Part shown: one piece after another, positions 1 through 7,785 of the stretch
How positions within the stretch are numbered: the stretch's first letter is position 1
Layout: every line of letters begins with the position of its first letter
Source: Deltaproteobacteria bacterium
Lineage (GTDB): Bacteria > Myxococcota > JACRCW01 > JAFGSX01
Assembly (NCBI GenBank): GCA_016934455.1
Contig: JAFGSX010000259.1
Location: 1-51,142, forward strand
DNA length: 51,142 nucleotides
Direction: 5' to 3'
Made by a program: the position numbers and the translations under genes
Notes under the pieces: model-generated
What the model was told of the DNA's origin: nothing
Database searches by the model: none
What the model saw: the letters and a program-made list of their open reading frames with translations, nothing else

Positions 1-9
1 GCGCCCATG

Positions 10-1738
10 TCAACGTCCAGTCACAGGATTGCGGGGATTCCGATCGATTTTCCGCGACTTGTGCGTGAATTGAACCTGGAAGTTCAGCATAGTGGGGTCG
101 ATGCCCGGCTTGACGAAAACCTTGTACATCAGGCGAAGGTCGACCTCGTCGCTGTTCCAAAAAGCCTCTGCTTTGGCGTGCAACTCCGCCGAACGCTGAT
201 CGCTCCACGGTGCGCGTGGCTCGATACGGTCGACGCCGAGCCCGTCTATGAGATCCAGGAGACCGATCACGTCGTCGATGCCGTCGCTTACCCAGGTACC
301 GCTCCGCGCTCGGACCTGCAGCCCTTCGCGCAGCTTGACGATGAAAACAGGGCGCTGCTTCTCGGGGTCGAAGGTGTCTATTTTGAGCCGCGCGAGATCG
401 AGCTTTTGTAAAACCGAAAACCGCTCGAACGAAGTCGCGGTCTGGCCGTCGTTGCGATGGGCGGTGACATCGACGACACCAGAAACTTGCGGGACGACTG
501 CGAGGATCGTCGACGTTGTAGCCCGGACGATCGCCGCCTCGGCGCCTCCGACCGTCACCGAAGACGGCAGATCGAACCCTGATCCTCCGATCGTCAAGAA
601 CGAACCCGGAGCTTCCTGCAACGGTTCTACGCTGGCGATACCAAACCCCTCCGTATTCTCGAACGTCGCCGACACTATCGACGACGTCGACGAATGGCCG
701 GCCATGTCGACAGCGCCGGCGCTGAATGTGTGCAGGCCGTTTGCATAGTCACCGCTCTCGACCCAGACCAGAAAAGGCTCGCGGGTCACGGTGCCAACCG
801 CTGTCCCGTCGACAAAAAGCGTCACGCTCGCAATCCCGCTTGCGTCCCGCGCGGCAGCCTGCACTCCCAGCGTACCGACGACGACCCGCCCCTCGTACGG
901 CGACACGATCTCCACGTGTGGCGGCGTCACGTCGACGACGACCGAGATGCTCACCACCGCGGCAACGCCGTTGATATCGGTCGCGATGACCTCGATCTGT
1001 TGCTCGCCCTCCTCGAGATGGAGCACCCCAGAAAATCTCTCGCCCTCGAGCGCCAGCACGGTCCCGTTCGCTGCCACGCTCGCGACCGGCGCGCGAGACC
1101 AGACCGTCCCCTCGACCAAGACGTCCCTGGTGCTGACCAAAGAATCAGGCGCCGGACTGGTCACTGTCAGCACGATCGCATCGACCAGCTTGACCACCGG
1201 CGTCAAGATCCACCCCTGATTTGGGCTGTGGTGCACCGAATGCTCGGCATCGAAGTCGACGATCACCTCGGTCGTGACATTGGGCGCGATGACAAAGCCA
1301 CCCGGCCGCGTCAGCTTGATGCCGGTCTGCTCACCGCTCGGCACACGCAGCGAAAACTGCTCGCCGTCGATCGTGACAGTGTTGCCCTGCTCGGCCAGGA
1401 TCAGCCGGATCTGCTTAATTACGCCAATTGGCAGCACTGCGTCGGCCAGCACCGCTGTCACGCCGTTTCGCAGGTCGAGCAGATTGAAGCTCTTGGGCTC
1501 GGCCAGGATCGTGCGCGGGGCTTCGGCAGCGTCGGAAAAAACCACGTCGACGCGGTCGATCGTGATGTCGATCCGCTCGATCTCGCCAGCCGGCGCGTCG
1601 GTCAATAATACAAGCAGTCTACCGCTCGCAGGGGCGCGGCTGATCGATTGCGGATCGCCGGCCATGTCGCAGGCCGTGGTCACCGCTGCAAGTGCCGAGA
1701 GAGAGAGCTTTTCGCAACATCGAGCGCGCGATCGCCAT
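10..1738 (-). CDS. DUF4382 + Ig-like/IPT-TIG surface lipoprotein; the signal peptide is split by a frame change in a (CT)5 run
   Basis: The distal 2/3 of track ORF 10..2376 reads RLLVLLTDAPAGEIERIDITIDRVDV..IKQIRLIL..LRVPSGEQTGIKL..VDFDAEHS, which fits the DUF4382 pattern. Ig-like/IPT-like repeats follow, and the TGA stop is at 10-12. GGGAGGGG-acc-ATG at 1738 encodes MAIARSMLRK in a different frame. The h-region and lipobox LSLSALAAVTTAC lie in the long-ORF frame. The in-frame alternative starts (GTG 1683, ATG 1665) give no signal peptide. Confidence 0.7.
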
Positions 1739-1835
1739 GGTCCCCTCCCGATGAAAGGCAGATGGGCGAGATGACTCAAAGTGTAGCAGGCGACCCTTGG
1801 CGTGCCAGGAATTGTTGGCGGCGATTGGCCGCTGA

Positions 1836-2466
1836 TCATTTGCGCCACCTCTCGTGCATCATCTCGACAAAGTCGCCAAGAGCGATCGCCAGGGTGCCGT
1901 GCCCGAGTGGAAAGCGATCGCCGGCCGGGATGACGACGTATCGGGCCTCGGCGCCAACCTCCTCGCAGCCACAGCCGCTCGATATCGTGGCCCTGCTGCG
2001 ATGCCGCGATCTCTCTCGCCGTAAAGGGCTTCAGCTCGAAGTAGGCGCTGCGACCGGCCAGGCTCTTTGCTGACTGGTGCAGCAGATCGCGCGACGCCGA
2101 GCCGAGCACCAGAAAGTGCCCCGCGCGATCGCCACGGCGGACGCGCTCGTCCACCAGGCTGCGGAGCAGCGGAAAGAGCTGCGGCCGGCGCTGCACCTCG
2201 TCGACGATGACCAGCCGGCCGGCCTGCTGGCCGAGGTAGATCTCGGCCTCGTCGAGACGCGCGCGGTGCGAGTCGCGCTCGAGATCGAGGTACAGCGTCT
2301 CGCGGTCGACCTGCTCGGCGACGGCAAGCGCGAGCGTGGTCTTTCCCACCTGGCGCGGTCCCAGCAGCCCGACCACTGGAAATCACGAGAGAGCTTCGAC
2401 AAGGCTACCCTGCAGGCTACCCTGCAGGCTACCCTGCAGGCTGCGCTGCAGGCTGCGCTGCAGCAT
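1836..2466 (-). pseudogene. Decayed AAA ATPase of the DUF4143 (COG1373-like) family
   Basis: From ATG 2466 the minus strand reads M-(LQRS)2-(LQGS)3-LVEALS-TGA(2383-2385)-FPVVGLLGPRQVGKTTLA (Walker A). This parallels the intact paralogue at 22592 (..SFPIVLLTGARQVGKTTL..). Similarity stops after ..ERLWLRGG at about 1960. It resumes in another frame as a family-like C-terminal tail EARYVVIPAGDRFPLGHGTLAIALGDF.., with TGA at 1836-1838. The DUF4143 core is absent. Confidence 0.65.
2403..2462 (-). repeat. 12-nt tandem repeat, 5 copies (3x ggctaccctgca, 2x ggctgcgctgca)
   Basis: Read directly from the sequence. The copies are head-to-tail with no spacers. In the pseudogene frame they encode LQRS/LQGS. 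Confidence 0.9.
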
Positions 2467-2597
2467 CCTTGCAAATTAGGACTATTTCTCCCTGATTGCA
2501 TGGTAAAGACCGGGCACATGCAACGGGCTGCCGTGTTGCCGACCGGGCGCAGCCGCCAGCGGCGCTGGGCACGCTGTTCGGGCGATGAGGACGCTGG

Positions 2598-3017
2598 CTA
2601 ATTTCCGCCGCCCGCCGGCCACAGCCCGATCGGCCCGACCGTGACGTCGCGGTCCTCCAGCGCCACCTCGGTGTAGTCGGGGGCATAGTCGGAGTGCGAC
2701 GCGATCAGCTTGTGGCAGCCGGGCAGCACGTACGCAGTCAGCGCGAACACGCCCTCGCCGTCGGTGTAGCTGTAGTAACCTCCGACCCGCACCTCGGCGC
2801 TGGCGATCGGCGCTCCGCTCTCGGCATCTACCACCACGCCATCGATCAGGTACTCGCAGTTGCCGCCGCCATAGGTCTGGTCGCAGGCGCCGCCGCCGGT
2901 CTCGATGCGGGAGCTCGAGTGCGACTCGATGACCATGCACCCCCAGAGGGAGCTGGCCAGTATGGCGACGGACCAGACTGCGATGGCTCGCATTGCCGGC
3001 TGCGGTGCGGTTGTCAT
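2598..3017 (-). CDS. Small lipoprotein with a carboxypeptidase-regulatory-like (CarboxypepD_reg) beta-sandwich
   Basis: GGAG-N8-ATG at 3017. The signal is MTTAPQPAMRAIAVWSVAILASSLWGC with a lipobox. YLIDGVVVDAESGAPIASAEVRVGG..TDGEGVF..GCHKLIASHSDY fits the family pattern. The stop is TAG at 2598-2600. This is the C-terminal part of track ORF 2598..3647. Confidence 0.7.
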   Translation of the reverse strand: MTTAPQPAMRAIAVWSVAILASSLWGCMVIESHSSSRIETGGGACDQTYGGGNCEYLIDGVVVDAESGAPIASAEVRVGGYYSYTDGEGVFALTAYVLPGCHKLIASHSDYAPDYTEVALEDRDVTVGPIGLWPAGGGN

Positions 3018-3091
3018 TTTGGGCTCCGCGATGATCAGGGTGGTCTGAACAAAAGCAAGAGGCACGCCAGAAACGCACCCTGCGTCTGACG

Positions 3092-3121
3092 ATAACATGC
3101 TGTTTTTATTGATGTTTACAA
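3092..3121 (-). promoter_or_regulatory. Weak sigma70-like promoter candidate in an AT-rich patch (TTGTAA-18-TGTTAT)
   Basis: It lies in the 200-nt gap between the pbpC stop (3220) and the lipoprotein start (3017). Each hexamer matches consensus at only 4/6 positions. Confidence 0.25.
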
Positions 3122-3219
3122 AATACGTCGCGCCTGCTCGAACCAGAGATCGGGCAGACCACCGAGAATCGCGACATGGGAGTCCGGATCTAGTGCTGCG
3201 AGGCAGTCGAGCGCGGCCG

Positions 3220-5607
3220 TCAATCGACCACTGTGACCGTGATCGGCTGGCTGCGCGCCGGCCGCTGCGCCATGGATGCCTGCACCACGTGGCGACCCGG
3301 CGTGAGCTGCCAGCGAAACTGGTGCGGGTAGCCGACCTGCGCCACCGGCACGCCGTCGACCAGCCAGACGATCGACTCGGCGCGCGGCCGCACCTGCGCC
3401 TCGAAGCGCAGCGTCGCGAACTCGACCGGGGTGTCCGGATCCCACAGGTAACGGCCGTTGTCCGGCGGGCTGACGATGCGCACCTGCGGCTCCTCGAACG
3501 GCGGCGGCCCGCACAGCGGGCTCGGCTCCCGGGGCGCCAGCTCGAGTCGCTGCTGCCGCGCCCAGACCTCGTAGCGCTCCGGCAGGTCGAGCAGCAGCCG
3601 CTCCTCGGCCAGATCGCGCGGGCAGTCGGCGCTGGCCAGCAGGCCATTGCGGCGATCGACGCGCACCCGCCGGTGAAAAGGGCACACTTTTACCGGCTCG
3701 CTGCCGGGTGCAAAGTGCTCGACGGCCGGGTGCGGGCAGTCCGGCCCGGCCAGCAGTCCCGAGAGCGAGCAGACGGTGGCGGCGACGTACTCCGGCGGCG
3801 GCGCGAACCGCTCTGCCACGGCGCGCCAGGGCTCGATCGCCGACGTCGCCAGGTCGAGCATCTCGTGCGCGGCCGCGGCCGCGCCCCTGGCCCCGGTGAT
3901 CCGGTTCATGCTGCTGCAGTCGTGGTTGCCGACCCAGACCACCACCAGCGCGCGGTCGCTGAAGGCGACCGCCCAGGCGTCCCGAAATCCCTGGCTGGTG
4001 CCGGTCTTGACCGCGGCCGCGTAGTCGTACTCGAGCGGGCCGCCGCGCCGGAAGCTGGGCGCGCGCGCCTCGTCGTCGGCCAGGATGTTGCGGATCTGCT
4101 GCGCCGCGCCCCGCTCCAGCAGCCGGCGCCGCGGGGCGACCGGCTCGTCGGCCAGCCAGCGCAGCGGCACGCTCTCGCCGCCGTTCGCGAGCATCAGGTA
4201 AACCGCGGCCAGCTCCTCGGCCGTCAGGTGCAGGTTGCCCAGCGCCATCCCCAGGCCGTAGGCGTCGGGCTGGTACGAGATGCCGCGCACGCCCGCGGCT
4301 TCGAGCAGGCTCAGCACGGGCTCGATGCCGACCGTCGACAGCAGGCGCAGCGCCGGGATGTTGCGCGAGTTACCCAGCGCCGGCCGCAGCAGCAGCGGCC
4401 CCATGAACCTGCCGCCGATGTTGCGCGGCAGGTAGGCGCGGCCCGCCTCGGCGACGAAGTCCATCGGCGTGTCCTCGAGCTCGCTGGCAGCGGTGAAGCC
4501 GCGCTCGAGCGCCAGCGCGTAGATGAACGGCTTGAGCGCCGAGCCGGGCGAGCGCTTGACCTTGCCGTAGTTGATGGCGCCGCGCTCGCTCTCGCCGAAG
4601 TAGTCGGCCGAGCCGACGTAGGCCAGGATGTCGCCGGCGGCGGTGTCGATAACGAGCCCCGCGGTGTTGCTGGCGTGCAGCCAGCGCAGCCGGCGCAGGT
4701 TGCGTTCGAGGATCTGCGCCACCTGCTGCTGCAGGTCCAGATCGAGCGTGGCGGTGGTCACCGCGTCGGGGCGGCCGCGCACCAGCTCCGACCAGTCGAG
4801 CACCGCGTGCAGCGCCTCCGGCCGGCGCGCCGGCCGCGGCACCAGCCGCAGATCGCTGGCCAGCGCCTGTTGCAGCTCATCGGCGCCAAGACGGCCGCGC
4901 TGGTGCAGACGGCGCAGGATGCGGTGCGCGCGCTGCAGGCCGCGCTGCTGGCTGGCGCCGTGGTGGGGGTTGAGGCGGCCCGGCGCCTGCGGCAGCCCCG
5001 CCAGGTAGGCGGCCTGCAACCACGACAGATCCTCGAGCGGCTTGTCGAAGTAGTAGCGCGCCGCGCGCGCCGCGCCGCGCACCCGGTTGCCGTAGGGCGC
5101 GATGGTCAGGTAGTGGCGCAGCACCCGATCGTGGCCGTGGCGCTGCACCAGGATCAGCGCCTCGAGCGACTCGCGCAGCTTGTTCCAGAGATGGCGCGCG
5201 CCCGGGGACTGCATGCGCGCCACCTGCATCGGGATCGTCGACCCGCCCGAGACCACGCGCAGGTGGGCCAGGTTCTGCCGCAGCGCCCGCCCGATCGCCA
5301 GCAGCGAGACCCCGCGGTGGCGATAGAAGCGGTGGTCCTCGGTCTCGACGGTGGCGATCGCGATCCGCTCGGGCAGCGCGTCCGGCAGCGGCCAGAAGCC
5401 GAGCAGCTCGCCGTCGCTGGGCACCTCGCCGAGGTAGCTGCCGCGGCGGTCGAGGATCAGCTTGGACGGCGGCGGCGCGATCAGCTCCGTGGTCAGGGTG
5501 GCGCCCAGGACGAGGATCGCCCCGGCGGCCAGCCCGATCGCGGCCAGAGCCGGCCAGCGCCGGTGCGCGCCGGGATCGCGCGCCCGATGGTTTTTACGGC
5601 CTAGCAT
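3220..5607 (-). CDS. pbpC: Penicillin-binding protein 1C (bifunctional glycosyltransferase/transpeptidase)
   Basis: The start is MLGRKNH.. followed by a TM segment. Glycosyltransferase motif: TEDHRFYRHRGVS. SxxK motif: GSALKP. The C-terminal BiPBP_C-like tail reads ..VRIVSPPDNGRYLW..LVDGVPV... ATG 5607 overlaps the upstream stop (ATGCTAG). Confidence 0.9.
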   Translation of the reverse strand: MLGRKNHRARDPGAHRRWPALAAIGLAAGAILVLGATLTTELIAPPPSKLILDRRGSYLGEVPSDGELLGFWPLPDALPERIAIATVETEDHRFYRHRGVSLLAIGRALRQNLAHLRVVSGGSTIPMQVARMQSPGARHLWNKLRESLEALILVQRHGHDRVLRHYLTIAPYGNRVRGAARAARYYFDKPLEDLSWLQAAYLAGLPQAPGRLNPHHGASQQRGLQRAHRILRRLHQRGRLGADELQQALASDLRLVPRPARRPEALHAVLDWSELVRGRPDAVTTATLDLDLQQQVAQILERNLRRLRWLHASNTAGLVIDTAAGDILAYVGSADYFGESERGAINYGKVKRSPGSALKPFIYALALERGFTAASELEDTPMDFVAEAGRAYLPRNIGGRFMGPLLLRPALGNSRNIPALRLLSTVGIEPVLSLLEAAGVRGISYQPDAYGLGMALGNLHLTAEELAAVYLMLANGGESVPLRWLADEPVAPRRRLLERGAAQQIRNILADDEARAPSFRRGGPLEYDYAAAVKTGTSQGFRDAWAVAFSDRALVVVWVGNHDCSSMNRITGARGAAAAAHEMLDLATSAIEPWRAVAERFAPPPEYVAATVCSLSGLLAGPDCPHPAVEHFAPGSEPVKVCPFHRRVRVDRRNGLLASADCPRDLAEERLLLDLPERYEVWARQQRLELAPREPSPLCGPPPFEEPQVRIVSPPDNGRYLWDPDTPVEFATLRFEAQVRPRAESIVWLVDGVPVAQVGYPHQFRWQLTPGRHVVQASMAQRPARSQPITVTVVD

Positions 5608-6587
5608 TCGCGGCACGGCACGCCACAACTGACCGGCTTGCACACGCCGAAACAGTCGCGGTGGCTTCTGACCTGGACGGAGCAATTTCCGGTGCAGCGG
5701 CATTCGAAAAAGCAGGGATCGCCGTAGCCGGAGACGCAGCTCGTGCAGGCGCCGCTCCAGCATTCGGCGTCCTCCCCGCACGACGTGCCGTCGTGCTCGA
5801 ATTCGTCCGTGCACTGGCCGTTGCTGCAACCGTAGACGTGGCAGGGTTCGCTGCCGCTGCAATCGCGGCACAGCGCGCCATTGACGCCGCAGGAGTGCAA
5901 CTGGGTCCCGGCCACGCAGCCGCCGTCGGCAGCGCGGCACGCCAGCGGGGCGCAGGTCGCGCAGGTCGGTGACTCACCGAGGCAGTTGTTCTGCGTGCAG
6001 TCCTGCTCCAGTTGGCGCGCGCCGCAACCGAAGCTGTCGACCTCGCAACTGTAGACGTCGCCGTCGTGGCAGTGGACGCCACTGCACTCGTCGACGGAAC
6101 AGACGCACTGCCCGTCCGGCGTGCACTGCGAGTTGGCGCCGCACACGCCGTCGACGCAGTCGCTCCACTGCACCAAGTCGATGCACACGCGGTGGCCGCA
6201 CTGCTCGCACGCCGGCGGAGCGGTGCCGCCGCTGCAGGCGCCGTGGCACGCGATCGTGGCGCCGCAGGAGCCGTCCTCGGCGCACGGCGCACCGAACCCG
6301 TCCACGCAGCCCGCGTCCACACGGGCAGCGTCCGCGCGGCCAGCGTCGATCGCGACGCAGATCCAATCGCGGCAACTCTCGCCCGCGGCACACGCGTCGT
6401 CGCTCTGGCACCGCGGCGCCTGGCACCTGCCGCGCACGCATCTCAGGCCGGGCGCGCAGGCCTCGTCCCCCTGGCACGGCAGCCCCTCGCCGCCTCCCAT
6501 CGCGACGCACATCTCGCATCCGGTCAAGGCGGCGAGCGCGGCCAGGGCGGCCAGGGCGGCCGCGGTTCGCGGATGGCGTCGCGGCAT
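5601..6587 (-). CDS. Cysteine-rich secreted lipoprotein (52 Cys in 328 aa by my count)
   Basis: GGTGGA-N4-ATG at 6587. The signal is MPRRHPRTAAALAALAALAALTGC. The remainder is C-x(2-8)-C repeats resembling myxobacterial Cys-rich repeats. The stop overlaps the pbpC start by 7 nt. Confidence 0.75.
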   Translation of the reverse strand: MPRRHPRTAAALAALAALAALTGCEMCVAMGGGEGLPCQGDEACAPGLRCVRGRCQAPRCQSDDACAAGESCRDWICVAIDAGRADAARVDAGCVDGFGAPCAEDGSCGATIACHGACSGGTAPPACEQCGHRVCIDLVQWSDCVDGVCGANSQCTPDGQCVCSVDECSGVHCHDGDVYSCEVDSFGCGARQLEQDCTQNNCLGESPTCATCAPLACRAADGGCVAGTQLHSCGVNGALCRDCSGSEPCHVYGCSNGQCTDEFEHDGTSCGEDAECWSGACTSCVSGYGDPCFFECRCTGNCSVQVRSHRDCFGVCKPVSCGVPCREC

Positions 6588-6679
6588 GGATCCACCGACA
6601 GCGTGAATTCCATCCAATGATAGCAGACGCGACGACGTGCTTCACCCCCGGCTGCCGCACCGGCGAATGCCTGCGCGCG

Positions 6680-7759
6680 TCAGGGCAGCGTGGCGCGGCA
6701 GCCGCCCGACCAGTTGCCGCTGCAGTCGTAGATGGACTGGCTCGTCGCCACCAGGCCGTCGGGCCAGCTTATGGACGCGGCGGTCCAGACGTGCCAGGGC
6801 GCCAGGTCCTGGATGTCGACGACCACCAGCTTGCCCCACAGGTTGATGATCACCCGGCCGTCCGAGTCGGTGCTGCCGCTGCTGTTCCAGTGCTCGACCA
6901 GCACCGTGTAGATCCCGTCCTGCGGGCGATCGAGCCAGATGTTCTCGGGGCCGTAGCTGTACAGCCAGTCGACGTCCTTGTGCGGATCGTCCGCGGAGTC
7001 GCCGACCACGCCCCAGTCCGGGGATGCGTGCACGCACGAGGTCCAGGTGCAGTCGCTGGCGTCGTCGTTGATCTGACCGCCCGGCCGGATCAGGTGCAGC
7101 TCCCAGTCGACGCCGATGGCGTCCCACACCAGCGTGATCCGCATGTCGGCGTCCACGCAGCTACTGGTGCTGACGCGCGTCACCAGCACGTAGCTGCAGG
7201 TGGCGTTGGACCAGATGCGCTTGACCAACGAGTCGCCGCAGAAGAGAGGCACCGTGACCGAATAGGAGCCGTCGCCGGCGGTCGGGATCTCGCCGCTGAT
7301 CTCCTCCTGGTTGCGGCCGCGCACGTAAAAGGTGCCGTTGCCGACCGCATTGTCGACGACTCCCGAGAAGGTGTACGAGGTCACCTCGCCCGCCTGGATG
7401 GTGGTCGTCGCCGGCTCGGTGTCCGGGCAGTTGCCGGTGCCGTCGGTGTACTCGCCGGGCTGCTGGTGGCCGGGCGCCGGATCGAGCTCGGGCTCGCGCT
7501 CGACGCTGCCGCGGTCCAGGCGCACCGCATCGCGGCCGCCGGCGTCGCTGCCGCGGTCGGCGCCACCCGCGTCGGTGCGCCCGTCGGCGGTCGCGGCGTC
7601 GCGCGCCGCATCGCCCGCCGCGTCTCCACCGCCGCTATCCGCGGCCCCGCCGTCGCCGCCCCCGTCTTGGGCCGGGCCGGCTCCGCAGTCGGCGCAGCCC
7701 GCCAGGGCGCAGATCGCGATCGCCGCCAGAAACCACACCGCTCTGCCTCCACGACGCAT
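6680..7759 (-). CDS. YfaP/DUF2135-like lipoprotein
   Basis: AGGGGG-N6-ATG at 7759. The signal is MRRGGRAVWFLAAIAICALAGC, followed by a D/G/A-rich linker. The core is MRITLVWDAIGVDWELHLIRPGG..DWLYSYGPENIWL..DGIYTVLVEHW. This matches my memory of the DUF2135 pattern (i.L.Wd..D.DLHv.eP.g ... GyGPE.y ... G.Y.v.V). Only the C-terminal 359 aa of track ORF 6680..11497 are real. Confidence 0.75.
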   Translation of the reverse strand: MRRGGRAVWFLAAIAICALAGCADCGAGPAQDGGGDGGAADSGGGDAAGDAARDAATADGRTDAGGADRGSDAGGRDAVRLDRGSVEREPELDPAPGHQQPGEYTDGTGNCPDTEPATTTIQAGEVTSYTFSGVVDNAVGNGTFYVRGRNQEEISGEIPTAGDGSYSVTVPLFCGDSLVKRIWSNATCSYVLVTRVSTSSCVDADMRITLVWDAIGVDWELHLIRPGGQINDDASDCTWTSCVHASPDWGVVGDSADDPHKDVDWLYSYGPENIWLDRPQDGIYTVLVEHWNSSGSTDSDGRVIINLWGKLVVVDIQDLAPWHVWTAASISWPDGLVATSQSIYDCSGNWSGGCRATLP

Positions 7760-7785
7760 GGTTACCCCCTGGGCGCAGGTCGCGC

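Noticed and set aside
1790-1807. TGGCAC on the minus strand upstream of the DUF4382 gene as a sigma54 promoter
   Set aside because: The -12 position reads GGGT rather than TTGC at the required spacing, so only the -24 half matches.
10-2376. A single 788-aa protein fusing a P-loop ATPase N-terminus to the DUF4382/Ig protein
   Set aside because: The junction (about 1740-1960) is non-homologous filler. The ATPase C-terminal tail is found in another frame with its own stop at 1836. A separate SD/ATG exists at 1738. This is a chimera created by an open frame, not a gene.
2383-2385. The in-frame TGA in the ATPase read as selenocysteine or programmed readthrough
   Set aside because: The gene is also frameshifted and lacks its core domain downstream. 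No SECIS-like context was evident. Decay is the simpler explanation.
2403-2462. Tandem 12-mers here, and the 21-mers at 32088-32213, as CRISPR-like arrays
   Set aside because: The units are contiguous with no spacers, are far shorter than CRISPR repeats, and lie in frame within coding sequence.
3097-5604. Long shadow ORFs opposite or out of frame with real genes. Examples: 3097..5604 +, 5969..7852 +, 23338..25881 +, 28639..30249 -, 32079..33719 -, 33638..35056 -, 36023..37858 +, 37305..39761 +, 45126..46397 -, 46708..48273 -, 47951..49891 -, 48787..50895 +
   Set aside because: The same argument applies. Each overlaps a CDS with recognisable motifs, and each has an Arg/Pro/Gly-dominated, low-information translation.
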